DNA of 64,000 bases from Psammoneis japonica (GCA_008632985.1 QPGO01000203.1:1-64000); one strand, 5' to 3'. Shown: positions 45,920 through 58,247, counted from the first letter of the stretch. Numbers and translations are program-made. The notes: a model not told the origin generated them from the sequence alone.

Positions 45920-48900
45920 TGCGATTGTTTATGTATTTGGAAGGGTTGGCAAGAGCGGAGTTGAGAAACAACAATAATAACATCGACAACAACAGAAAGT
46001 CAAGCCACGTCTCGTTTGAAAATGACTGCGCGACGACGTACGTACGACGTTGGAGGGAGAACATGCCATGAATGCGCGCGGAGTCATTGATACCTTTTAG
46101 TCTTCTGAGCCTTTGGAGATTGCTCAGAGCGCGCGCGCACGCACGCACGCACGCAGCAGGGGAGTGTGACGTAAGCGACGAAGTAAAAATGTCGAATTTT
46201 TCATGCCGACTTGTATTGTGACAACGGCGTTGTGCGTTGTGTGTTTTTGCTTGCTGCTGTCCAGCGCGAACCGAGAAAAAGAGAAAGGTGAGGACCACAA
46301 TGAACTTCCTTTTACAGTTTGTTTGTTGCAGCAGTGATCTGTCCTCTCGGCTTTGTCTTTGCTGATGGAGAGGAAATGATTGTGCCCAAAACTCGCCTTC
46401 GGAGCCTTGGGGGCTCATTGAGAACTTGCCCGTCATGCAAAGGGCGCTTGTGTGAAATGTTGTGGTTGACCAAGAGCTTTTTTGAAAGTTTGTTTTGTCA
46501 TCCACCTGACAAATGCCTCAACGACCCAGAATGGACTCTGAACTCCCCGAAGGACTGCGCGGCGTGTGTCTCGTCTTTGAGAATCACAGGGCATGGTCGC
46601 ATGGAGATGAGGAATTTGGAGATGTCTTTGGTGACCCTGCCAGACAAAAACTTTGTGCCAACATTGCCCTTCAGAAAAGTTTTGCGCCAAGATGGATCAT
46701 GAGTGCAAAAGAGCAGACTGCTTGCAAGGAGATCTTTGCCCTTGTGAAAGTCTTGCGTGCGGGAGTGGCTTTGACATTCATGCTTTGGGGGCTTGTTGTG
46801 AAATGCTTGGAAATCTTGAAAATTTGCACCAAGGCCGTCAACTGGGTGATGAAGACATTTTGCATTGAGGGGTGCAAGCCACACAATTTCATGTGCTGCG
46901 AATGTCCGAGCGTGTGCCCTCCAAAGCCTGAGAAGAAAAGGGGTCATTGCAACATTTATGAAGGGATTGCCCAACAGGCCACATTGCTCAAAAGATGCCC
47001 CAAATCAAACCAAATCTGTTGGGAGCCCTGCTTTGAGTTGATGCCAGGAAGTGGCACATGGAAACTGCAGGGTTCAAGTGCGCTGATGCCTGTGAAACCC
47101 ATGTCATGAACAACAGTGGCTGCTTCATTCAACAGTGTCTCCCTCCTCCTGTTTCTCCTCCTGCGCTCTAGAGCAGTTGTTGTGACCAGAGATCTTCTTG
47201 CATGTTGCACAGAAGCATTTAATTTGTCAGGATTGAAGTGACGGAGTTGCAACTGCCCTTCGTTTTAAATCAGTCAGCCCTCATCGCCAAACCAACCCAT
47301 CAGGCAATCTCACAACTCATGCTTGCAAAGCAGTGATTCCTTGATTGACGTGAGGTTGCTGTCATTTTTCTGGTCATGACCAAATTTTGCAGCAATGTGT
47401 GTGTCCTGAAATGCAGCAAGCTCCAAACAGCTTGCCTGACAAACTGTGCTGAGAAAACCACGTGTGAAAAACAGAACGAGTGCAGCACAGTGTGCACTGG
47501 TGTCAAATTGGAGTTGCTCTGAATGCCAAGAGTTGTCATTGAAACTCTGACATTCAAAAGCTGCCAACACAGGAGAGCTTTATTTTGTGGGGCTTTGGGT
47601 TGTCACCCTGTTGCTTGCTCAAAGTTGGTGCTGCAAGACGTCAACTCAATTCCAGCTTTTGCCATCGCCGCAATGTGGAGAACATTTCTGCAGCCCTTGA
47701 TCTCTCATGACAATGTTTTTTCATTTGGTCATGCAAGAGGGAGGGGGGCTTCCATTCAAAGTCAAAGCAAGCCACAAGAAGCAGACCAAAGAGACACACA
47801 CATGCACTCTTTTTCTGCACAGTCAGAATGGTTGCAGTTTTTTGTTTGATGAAAACCAGGCTTCTGACATTTTCTTTCTGTCTCTAGAGAAGGCTCGCTC
47901 ATGGTGGTGACAGTTGGAGTGGAGGCAGTCAATCCTGCAGAGGAAGACTGCAGATGTGTCCAGCTGAAAAGAAAGCTCCCGATGACACACAGGACGAGAG
48001 AACGTGTGAAGCAACATGATGGAGGCACACGCAAGATTCAATCTAGAGCCAAGCTTGTTCAGCTGTGACTTGTTTCCTGGTTGCATCCCCTGCTGCTTGC
48101 ACCTTAACCATGTCCAGTCTCGTGCCGCTGCCAGCATTGTTTTCTTTGCATTTTGCTGGGTGCAGGTGTTGTGTGCAGGAGCCACTGCAACTGTCATTTG
48201 TGTGGCTTTCAGCACTCCTTTCACTTCTTGATGCCATTCTCTCCTCATCAGAATTTGATCTCTTTGATGTTGGCTTGCACCATTTCATGTGAGCTGCCAT
48301 GCATGTTTGGGCATTTCTGTGAACTTGGGCATTTCCTCATGTGCACTTGCCATTGTCACAACACTGCACTTGGACCTGCAAACAATCCACAACCACCACA
48401 ATTTGCAATCATTTGCAAACTCATGTCTTAGACTCCTTGGTTTTGTGTGACAAAATCACAAAGCAGCACTGGTTTCTGCAGGAATGTTGGTGGCCACTCT
48501 GTCCAGGCACGTGATGCACCAGAGGTTCATCAAAAGAGCAAACCTGGGTCCAGCGCACTTTTGCCTTGGGAGGAGAAAACTGTGTGATGAAAAATTTCTA
48601 GTTTTGCAGCCCATTGTTGGTTGCCACAAGTTCCTTTTGAAAGTTGTGAATGAAACAACTCATGTTGCAGCATGGCAACAAGACATGTTCTGAGTTGCAA
48701 AATCATTGCAAAAGGTTCAAGTCTCATTTCAAAAACTCAGCTCAAGAACTGCTGTTTCTCAGTTGTGTGTGTCTTGCTGAAAAAATGTCAGCAATGTGAG
48801 AACTGTTTCTCAATTGTTTGTGTTGCTGACATTTCTCTGATGGTGACAGAGTTGCGCCAACTCCTGTTGACAAGCCGACACACAAGCTGCCCTCCTCCTT

Positions 48901-49190
48901 GGCCATGAGAAGTGGGGCAGTTGGTGCTGGGCCTGTCAAACATGATGAATGAGCAGATTCTCACTCCACAGCTGAAGCATTTTGGCAATGCTGCATCCCA
49001 GTTGATCCTTTTGTCATGGTCAGCTGCCAGAGTTCTTGTCACAGTTGTCAGATCACAGTGGGAGAAAAAGGCAGATGATGAAATTTCTGTGACATCAGTT
49101 TGAGACATGCCCACTTGGCTCCAGCACCAATCTGTGGTCTGCAGGCACTTGCAAAGAGCAGTGCACAATTCAAAAATGAAAAAGACCCCG

Positions 49191-50073
49191 GCATTGTTGT
49201 CCACAGACAGTCTTGTCCAAGACACACAGGACGGTGTTGTGTGGATGACTTGCTTTTTCTGCCACCACCAACAACAATGACAATGAGGGCAATGCACAGT
49301 TGTTTGATGATGACAGCATCTTGACTGAGAATGACAGCCAAAGCAGAAGCAGCAGCCGCCATCAACCTGCAATGCCTTCTGAGAAACAAACAATGCTGCA
49401 ACAAGAACGCAACACAGCAACAACAATGTCAGTTGGTCCATTCATGATGACAACTTGTTGAATGAACCAAAAACAGTCACCAACAAAAAAGGAAATTAAA
49501 AATGTTCCAGATGACTTGACCAGACAATTGACCACATGTGCACAATCCCTTCTGCTGGTGCTGTTGTTGATGAGTGTCTGACTTGAGGCAGCAAGGGGTG
49601 CAGAACACACCTGAGCATGCTGAAAAACTCCTTCAATGCTGTCAGCAATGACCACAGCTGCAAGCACACACACTGGAAATGGAGTTGCTGGGCATGGAAT
49701 GTGTTGTGGTGCTGTTGGACAAAATGATGTGAAGGTTCTTGCAGAAAAACAAGATGTTTTGTGGTGCTTGGAATTGCCAGACTTGATTGTCACTCCGCGG
49801 GCCAACCAAACCTCACTGCCAGATGTGTTGGCTGTCCCCCAATGGGTCATGATTTGATGATTCAGCCACAACACATGGTGACAACCAAGGAGGCCACATT
49901 GTGTTGATTTGCAGTTCTTTTGGCCAAGAAAAGTGTGAGGTGAGCCTGTGAGTTGGCAACTCTCTGTTGCCCAATGCCCCCATTGTGATGGCTTGGCTGC
50001 ACTTGGTGATTGACTTTATGGTGTCGTGACTCCATCACTTTAACACAGGCAACAAGATGTGGAGCTCGCGGAG
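49191..50073 (+). pseudogene. Hypermutated copy of the 5' half of gene 54690-56684
   Basis: Colinear with ~54690-55562, sharing e.g. CAAAGCAGAAGCAGCAG, GACTTGAC.AGACAATTGACC and GATTTGATGATTCAGCCACAA. Confidence 0.93.
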
Positions 50074-51451
50074 CCTTTTTGACTCACTTGAAAAGGTGGC
50101 AAGACAGTCTTTTCAACTCACTTAAAAAGGTTCTTATTTTGCAACCTTTTTGACTCACTTGAAAAGGCAGCAAGACAAACTTTTCAACTGGTGGGACAGT
50201 CTCTGCTGGGCCCATCAAACATGATGGGGGTGCATCATTTGCACAGTCAAGCAAGCAAGCAAATTCTCCCTTGTGGAGCAGCAACGACACACTGTGTTCT
50301 CCTTGTTTTGTCATGGACAAGTTGGCTGCTGCCCAGCACACATGCATGAGAAGTTCAAGCGCTTTGTCACCCAGTGGTGTGGCATGAGTGACAGACGGGG
50401 TTTTGTTGGAAAACTGGGTCATGCAGGCAGGCAACGGCAGGGGTGTTGGAGATGGAGCAGCAAGCTGAGCCTTGAGTTTGGTTGTGTGTCTTGCAAGTTG
50501 GTTGGCCAGAGATTTTGCAACCGCAAGACTCAGGCTTTGGAAACCCCACTGGGATGGTGGTGCAAAGGCATGACAAGGATTGTGGCCAAAGCAGGAGGAA
50601 GGAACTTTTTGCCATGCAGCTGAGGCAGCAGGGAAAAGTCTGGAAGGAGACATTTTTGCACACATGTGTGCATCCCAAGCAGCTGCATGCAGAAAGGATG
50701 ATGCGACACTTGTCAGATGCACAGCTCTGCACTTGGTTTGTCCTCAGGCACCTGCGGTTGTGTCACCCCAGCTGCTGCTCTTGGGTTGTGCACCACAAAC
50801 AGCAGCCCACACAAGACAAAGCAGCACGAGATTTGCAGTTGTCCAATGTTGGAACTTTCCACATTGTTTTCATGGGGGCATTGCCAATGTTGGTCGTGGT
50901 GCTGAGAAATGTTTTTGGTTGCTGACACTTCTCAGATGGTGACTCAGATTTGCATCAACTCATCCTGTCCAGCATGACAAACAAGCAGACCTCATCTCTG
51001 GTCATGAGAAATGGGGTTCCAAGTCCACCAGGCATGATGAAAGCACACTCTTCACTCAGCCGTGCAACCAAGTGGGTTCTCCTTCCATTGTTGAAGCAGG
51101 GCAACAGGGCCTGATGCGTTGTCATTGACCCAGTTTGTCTCATCATGCAATTGTTTTGTCATGGTGCCAAACAGGAGAAAAGCAGATGACAAAGATTTTT
51201 GCAACATTGCTGTGGCGTCTCCCCTCAATTGCAGGGCGGCAGTTGGACCCAAAAACAACACTGGGCTGTGTTGTGGCATGCTCACATTCTGATGTTGAGA
51301 TCAGACAAAATGGGGTGGATTGTGCAACAGCTCCAATCAACTGGCTTGCTGAGGTCACCCTGGTCCAGTGTGAGAAAAGAGGGCACTTGCGGTGGTGGGT
51401 GGGGACATTCCCAGCCTGCCAAAACAAGGCACCGAACTGCGTGGTTTGATG

Positions 51452-51840
51452 CATTCCAGACGCAGGTGGGAATCCGTGTGACATTGGGCCCGCAGAATTC
51501 TGCGTGCGAGCTCTGCAGCAAAATTGTGCGGCAATTAGAATGTCAATGATCGCCAACAGAATGTGAGGCAATTTTGCGAACGCACAAACTTGCCCATGAT
51601 TGAAGCACATCATTTTTTGCTTGGCCAGCTGCATTCTTCAGACATTGAAGAATGTGACTGGCACGTTGTTGTTTCCACAAATTCGCCATGTAAAACGTCT
51701 GGGGCTTCGCAAAACAGCGAGTCTGGACAATTTTTTTTTAAATGTCACATGTAGAAATAAACGTGCGAAACATGCAACGGATGGTGAAAATTGTTTGTGT
51801 CACACGTCAGTGCTGCGAGCTCCCACCTGGGGCTGGAACG
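51452..51840. mobile_element. MITE related to 27595-27973
   Basis: TIRs CATTCCAG..CAGGTGGGA / TCCCACCTG..CTGGAACG; shared internal GTGACATTGGGCCCGCAGAATTCT. Confidence 0.8.
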
Positions 51841-52767
51841 CGTCGGTTTTTGCACTCTCTGGCAAGACAAGTCAGAAGTGACAAGAGCAGCACAGAGGCA
51901 CAATGCACAATTGGCTTGGCTCATGGAATCTCTCTGGATCCAAGACAATGGCTGATTTGTCATGGCATTGCGGGCTGGTCAAGATGAGCAAGCCCGACCA
52001 CTGCACTGACTGTTGGCACCATGTGCAGCTTGTGGGCAATTGTGTTGTGTGTTGTCAGTTGTCAGCCCATGTCGGGTCGATGCAACTGATCCCATCATCA
52101 CTGGCACCCAGTCTGCCAAACACAATGAAAGGAGCTGGGGCAACCTGCCTGACCCATGTGTGGGCACCTCTCGTCGTCATCCGTGGTCTGTCTCCTCCCT
52201 GCACGCCACTGTCGCATCGCTCGCTCGCGCCGCGTGCGTGGTGACTCATCCGAATAGCTCGGCCGATGACACGCGTGTGATGACCCGCAGCTTTGGGTGA
52301 CACGTGACACCCCAGAAGAATTCTGCGAGCCAGGAGCCGTTAAAAATGAGCGGGAAATCACGGAAGTTCCCGAAATGAAGACTGAAGTTGTGGGGGTTGG
52401 TCGCGACTTGGTCGCGACTTGGTCGCGGAAAGTCTTGAATGAATCGTGAGGCAGAAAAATTTAGCTTTTGGAACTTTCCAAACTGTTCGAAGTTCCCGAA
52501 AGAATCGAAGCCTTAGCCTTGGTGTTTTGAAATGAAACGGTTTGATTGGTTTGCGTTTGTGTGAACAATGATGGGTCGCGGCAAGTCTTGAATGAGTCGT
52601 GTCGCGGAGCTTGTCTGTAGAAAGTCAACACATTCCTACGATGAGTGTTTAGTCTTGACTCCGATGATCCACAATGAGAAAGGAATTTTTTCAATTGAAA
52701 CAGCTCTTACAAAGGATTCGTAGTTTATTGCTCGTAACTTTATCTGACAAGAGCAATCGTCAATGCC

Positions 52768-53277
52768 ATGCCGCGACGCCGGCACCCGGACAATCCCACC
52801 CCGGTAGATGCTGTCAACGACTTGGACGTGCTCTTTAGACGTGGCGGCATGCCGACCCGGCATGTTGGAAATCAGCGGTTCCGCGCTTTAGTTAGTGACA
52901 TGGCAGAATCATACAGGCGGGCAACTTCCGACTTAGAGAAAAGGGAAATCTCAAATTCCATTGTCGTAAAACTAAGAGAGGAAGGCGGAAGGTTTCTCAA
53001 GCAGAATAGCACAACAGGGAGATGGCATGAGATGCATGTAGTAGAGGCCAGTCACATGTGCTCCGCCGCCATTCGTGACGTTTTGAAAGCCCGAAAGAAG
53101 ATGGCTTCTGAGCAGCGCAATCGGCTTCCCAACCTCGACGAGGCAATGGATCGTCAGCTGCCGTGCCGATGCAACACGCCTCCCGACCTGGACGAGGTTA
53201 CGAATCGCCAGCCTTACCTGAAGTACCACTGCGACATTCCTGCTCCTGCTTTGGAAGACATCCACATTCGTAGATAG
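52768..53277 (+). CDS. DUF6824-type domain protein
   Basis: DVLFRRGG..RHVGNQRFRALV...Y......KREIS..IV......GGRFLK.....W.E; a ~36-bp tandem duplication spans the stop codon. Confidence 0.85.
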   Translation: MPRRRHPDNPTPVDAVNDLDVLFRRGGMPTRHVGNQRFRALVSDMAESYRRATSDLEKREISNSIVVKLREEGGRFLKQNSTTGRWHEMHVVEASHMCSAAIRDVLKARKKMASEQRNRLPNLDEAMDRQLPCRCNTPPDLDEVTNRQPYLKYHCDIPAPALEDIHIRR

Positions 53278-53541
53278 TCTCGGGCCTGCTTTGGAAGACA
53301 TCCACATTCGTAGATAGTCTTCGGGTGTATGAATGAAAGTTTTTATGAGAGAACAGGTTCATCAACAAGTCATTTAGCACTAAAAAAATTGACAATAAAT
53401 AATTCCCCTATCATAAACAGCATGAATTACACTTAAACACGCACCACTGTTCATCTTACTGGAGTAGCAACAATCCAGAGATCATGTACAGCGCGACGTT
53501 TGCAAGCAAAACTCTTGGGCAGCAGCTGTTCTCCCTTTCAT

Positions 53542-53938
53542 TTACGTGCTGTCGAGATAGTTCGATGAAGCCGAGGGGTGTTGCTTTCCGACCTTGGGGA
53601 GTGGTTTGGCACTCTTGGGACCACCTGGTCTGACACCGCCTCCTCCGGATGCCATGCTAAGGCAATTTGAAGAAGCTCCAGGATGTTCTCTTCCGACCTC
53701 AGGGAGAGGCATGGCACTCTTTGGGTTTGCCGGTAAAAACGGCTAGTGCTGCCGCCACGGGTTCCGGAGCAGGAGCGGCGGCCTTGGCTTGCTCGGCAAG
53801 TCTAGCATCCATGTAGTCCTCGTATGCGCCGCTCAAAACGCCCGCAAACTTGGAAGGAAAGGAAACCTGAGCATTAAACGCAGAGGCAGTCGCAACGAGC
53901 GCGGAAAGGAGAATAAGCTTTGTGAGTGTCATGTTCAT
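53542..53938 (-). CDS. Small plastid-targeted repeat protein with one apparent frameshift at ~53720
   Basis: Signal peptide ending ATASA-F. Removing one A from CCCAAAGAG extends the ORF through two copies of PKSA.PLP.VG..HP.ASSN(C/Y)L to a TAA at 53542. Confidence 0.7.
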
Positions 53939-54689
53939 GTATCAAAGAAGAAGGGTGCAGGTTTGAATGCGTCCAGGGACTCGGTTTCTCACCCGCTCAT
54001 TGATGATAGATACGCATTCACAAGCTCTCGGTCCCACCGGCTCTCAGCGTCTCAAGTAAGGTCAGTCAGCTCTGTGTCTTAGCAAGCTAGGTACTCTCCA
54101 TACTCAATGAGAGATTTGTGCATTACTCGAATGAAAAGTGTTTGATTCGAGGTGGCCTAAGAGTCCATGTTTGCATCAATGTCGTCCTCTTCGTAGGGAG
54201 AAGAAGAGATTATCTTCATAACCCAAGGGCCAACAATGCTTCTGGAAAAAGCATGGTTGCCTCGCGTCTTTGGGAATAGCCGCGTCGGCTACTTGTACGC
54301 GTCACCGACGTCGGTGACGGTGTGCCGCTGACATTTCTCTGATGGCGATGACGATGACTCAAAGAGTTGCATCAACTCCCTGTATCGATGACAAACAAGC
54401 CAGCCTCCTTCTGGGTCCAACCGGATTCTACCTTACTTGGTCATTGGTGCAGTGGTTAATACACTTCGTCCTCGTCGCTGGTGATCATTTCGTCATGGTT
54501 CCTCATGTTGAATGTCACCGCTCACCGTTCAAATTTTTGGCGGCAGACGGGAGAAAGGCGGACGCTGTGACATCATTGTGACGTCTCGCCGTCTCGCCCG
54601 CCCGCCCGCTCGCCCACCGATGTCGAAGGGGGCGTGCGTCGCGTCGCGAGCGACGCAAAAAACAGCACACGCACAACAAAACATACACC

Positions 54690-56684
54690 ATGGCGTCGTC
54701 CACAGACGATCTCGTAGTCCAAGACGGATGGGACGATGACGTAGATGACTTGCTTTCCACCAATGACGACAACAATGACAACGACGGTGACGATGCATGG
54801 TCGTTTGATGACGACAGTCTGTTGACAGAGAATAACAATCAAAGCAGAAGCAGCAGTCATCATCAACCTACAACGCCTTCTTCTGAGAAACAAAACGATA
54901 CTACGACTACACAACACAGCAACGATAATGACAATAATTGGTCCTTTCACGACGACGACTTGTTGAATACACCAAAACAACAGTCACCAATGAAAAACGA
55001 AACTAAAAATACTCCAGACGACTTGACAAGACAATTGACCGCATACGTACAATCCCTTCCGTTGGTGCTGTCGTCGATGAATGCCTTACTCGAGGCGGAA
55101 TACAACACACCCGAGCATGCTGCGGAACTCCTTTTGTACTATCAAGAACGACCACAGCTACAAGCGTATACACTGGAAACGGAATTACCGCGCATGGACT
55201 ATGTCGTGGTATTGGACGACGATGTGACGGTTCTTACCGAAAAGCAAGACGTTTTGCGGCACTTGTCCGATGATTCGATTGTCGTTCGGTGTGCCAATCA
55301 ATCCTTACTACCGGATGTGTTGGCCGTCTTGACGGGTCACGATTTGATGATTCAGCCACAATACATGGCGACAACCAAGGCAACATCGTGTCGATTTACA
55401 ATTTATGCCGAGAAAAGTGTGAATTGTGCCTGTGAGTTGGCCATTCTCTTACCCAATGCCCACGGTGAACCCTATCCGGTGGCTCGGTTGCATGTGGCGA
55501 TTGATTTCAATGTTGTTACACCATCACTTCAATACAGGTTGCAAGACGTGGAGCTCGTGGAGTTACCCAACTCGTCTCTACAAGGCACGGCGCAGTTTTT
55601 AAACGAGTTTGCCATGCACCACGACAACCAATTGCCAGCATCACCGCCACGTCAAGAAAAAGCCAGTGTGGACTTTCGCGATGCCTTTGTTTTGGAATTG
55701 TGGGATGCACCCAAACAATTTGTCAAGGGCACGAGCACGGGCTTGACGGCTGCTTTGAAACAGGTGGACGCGGTGGCCAATGTATCCAACAAGGTGAATT
55801 TCCTCACCAGCAGCTCATTGCTACCCACGGCGGAACAATTGCATCATGTAGCCGACATGACAACCATGACGACAAATAATAATCATGTCGAGACGACGAT
55901 GGATAGTACTGGCATTGACACTGAACCAGCCACAAGCAACAATGCAGAGGCGATGAACCGACCCAAACCAATCTTGGGTGGATTGTTAATGTCGGGATTG
56001 ACGCGATTGGCCAAGCATGTAACACTTCCCGAAGAAGAGGAGGGACTCTATAACAATGTACAGCAACAACAGCCCCAGCAAGAATCATCGGCTGCATTCC
56101 CAAAGTTGTATCGAAGTCAAGAGGCGCCGCCACCACCACCAGCAGCTAGGGAACGTGCTGCTGCTCCAAAGCTGTATCGCAAAGACCAGCCACCGCCACC
56201 GCCCAGCCGGGAGTCTGCTGCTACAGTTCCAAAGTTGTATCGCAAAGACCCGCCACCGCCACCAAGCAAGGATGATTCTTCGGCATCTGCTATACCCAAG
56301 CTCTACCGCAAGGATCCGCCACCGCCACCACCACCACGCAGTGGGGAAACCGCACCTAAACTTTATCGAAAAGATCCACCATCAGCTCGTCCACCGCCAC
56401 CGCCACCCCCACCGCCACGACGATCCAAACGAGATCACAATCGTCCACCACCGCCAACTCCACCAAGAAGTGGCAATAGCCGTTACCGTGGTCCATCATC
56501 GCCTAATGCTAGTATTCCTCCAACCAAGAAACAACAACAGCCGACCGGGGCCGAGTTACGCAAGGCTATAGAGTTGGAAAACATTTCGACCGAACCCTAC
56601 AATCCAGACGACGACATTATTCCAACACGAAAGAGATGGGTCAATCCGCGCTTTAGGACAACAACTACTACGTCATTGCAATGA
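54690..56684 (+). CDS. Hypothetical 664-aa protein with acidic Trp motifs and Pro-rich PKLYRKD repeats
   Basis: Long intact ORF; five PKLYR(K/S) repeats, each followed by polyproline. Confidence 0.85.
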   Translation: MASSTDDLVVQDGWDDDVDDLLSTNDDNNDNDGDDAWSFDDDSLLTENNNQSRSSSHHQPTTPSSEKQNDTTTTQHSNDNDNNWSFHDDDLLNTPKQQSPMKNETKNTPDDLTRQLTAYVQSLPLVLSSMNALLEAEYNTPEHAAELLLYYQERPQLQAYTLETELPRMDYVVVLDDDVTVLTEKQDVLRHLSDDSIVVRCANQSLLPDVLAVLTGHDLMIQPQYMATTKATSCRFTIYAEKSVNCACELAILLPNAHGEPYPVARLHVAIDFNVVTPSLQYRLQDVELVELPNSSLQGTAQFLNEFAMHHDNQLPASPPRQEKASVDFRDAFVLELWDAPKQFVKGTSTGLTAALKQVDAVANVSNKVNFLTSSSLLPTAEQLHHVADMTTMTTNNNHVETTMDSTGIDTEPATSNNAEAMNRPKPILGGLLMSGLTRLAKHVTLPEEEEGLYNNVQQQQPQQESSAAFPKLYRSQEAPPPPPAARERAAAPKLYRKDQPPPPPSRESAATVPKLYRKDPPPPPSKDDSSASAIPKLYRKDPPPPPPPRSGETAPKLYRKDPPSARPPPPPPPPPRRSKRDHNRPPPPTPPRSGNSRYRGPSSPNASIPPTKKQQQPTGAELRKAIELENISTEPYNPDDDIIPTRKRWVNPRFRTTTTTSLQ

Positions 56685-57998
56685 GATATGGTGTGTCCAG
56701 AGTAGGTTAGTGAAAAAAAAGGTAGAGGTATAGTTTCCTGGCAGTGCAATCGTCTCGTGGTGATAGTCTATAGTTTGTTGCATTGATCACAACCGTGAAC
56801 TTGCTTCATTATTGTTATCCGCATCTATCCGTGGAGTCCAACGCATATCGGAAGATCGGCGAATAGCATATTGCGAGTGGAAGTATCATATGCAGTCTAG
56901 ATTTGTTCGAATAACTCGGTACAAAGAAAAAGTGTCAATGATCCCTGCTTGTCGTGTTGTTCCCCAAACTCATGCAACTCTCCCGGCAGGGAGGAGGGTC
57001 ATCTGGATTCAACGCGCCCCGGCAGGAAGCTTTTTAGGATTGTCCTGTGCATTGCTTCGCTGCGGTAGAGTCTCTCCAGGGGACTGCAGAGCTTCATTAT
57101 AACCCTGAACGGGAGCTCTAGCAACGCTGCGAGTTTGAGATGATGGGGAGCGCGGTCTATCCATGTGTTGTGACGATTTGACACAAGATACTCGTGGAAA
57201 CAGTGACTCGAAAGGCGACAAACAAATCACAATGCGTATAGGCTAGTTGAGCATCTGGAAAAAGTCCGCGAGCTTGTTGTGATTGTTGCCTTTTTCTTTT
57301 TGCTCTTCCAGTGAACGTTTTTTCTTGTTCTCGTCGCTATCGACTCTTGCTACAGTTTGACTTGCAGGCCAGGCTAGCTCCTTGTGTTGCTTAGCTTTTG
57401 TTGTAGCGACCACGTTCACGATGTCTGCCACCACAGACAAGTCGGTTTGGCGTTAAACCACTTGTTCACGTCTTCTTTTTCTTGATTTTTTCCTCCAGGG
57501 TCCAAACTGTATCGACCAACAAAGACAAGGAATTGAGTTTGTAGGGATCAAGCAAACGCAGAGTCAGGCTTCACCACAACACAGACGCCACAAAAAATAA
57601 TACACTCACCTCCTTTTGGTCCCCGAAAGTCAAGTACCCCAGCACTTGTGTGCTAATCCAAGCACCCATCAATACTGCAAAATGTTTGGATTCCTTTTAC
57701 CATTTCATACAGTACAACGTTTTGAGTTTCAGGTTGAGGGAGCGGGCGAACTCTTGGCAGCTGCCTCCGGCAATCCAAAAACTCCCTTGTTCTCGTAAGC
57801 CGACAGACGACTGGCGTACCCTTCCGACATGTTTTTCTTATGATGGGGAGACAATGGGGAAGGCAAGTAACAATCAAACCGATGGACACAGAAGAAGCAA
57901 CAACAAGAAACCAAAACACAGCACAACAATCAACAACATGCAACACAATGAACAAGCAACACGGAGGAAAGTCCATCAGGGACATAAATATCCCCCCC

Positions 57999-58247
57999 GG
58001 CCAGTTCCCACCGTCGTAGAAGGCTCGTTGGCACATACCATGGTGGGCCAGTGCCCCCGATTAGAAATGTCCTGCCCACCGCCGTAGCCCCTCCGTAGGG
58101 GTGTACTGAAAGGAGCGTCCGATGGGCCAGTGCCCACCGTCGTAGAGCTCCCGTAGAAACATACCATGGCGGGCCAGTGCCCGCGATTCGAAAATGTCCT
58201 GCCCACCACCGTAGCCCCTCTGTAGGGGTGTACTGAAAGGAGCGTCA
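57999..58247. repeat. Tandem duplication of a ~125 bp unit
   Basis: GGCCAGT.CCCACCGTCGTAGA..CATACCATGG.GGGCCAGTGCCC..AATGTCCTGCCCACC.CCGTAGCCCCTC.GTAGGGGTGTACTGAAAGGAGCGTC occurs twice. Confidence 0.92.

Larger units (their letters stand above)
46200..52340. other. TpA- and CpG-depleted hypermutated tract containing decayed gene copies and a MITE
   Basis: Near absence of TA; CG very sparse from ~46.7 to 51.4 kb; TG/CA excess; Tyr-free ORFs in all frames. Confidence 0.9.

Noticed and set aside
46300..52300. Many overlapping Cys/His-rich ORFs as zinc-finger or metal-binding genes (also at 21.6-28.9 and 14.6-16.8 kb)
   Set aside because: By-product of TA loss: TAA/TAG stops vanish in all six frames and Tyr becomes Cys or His
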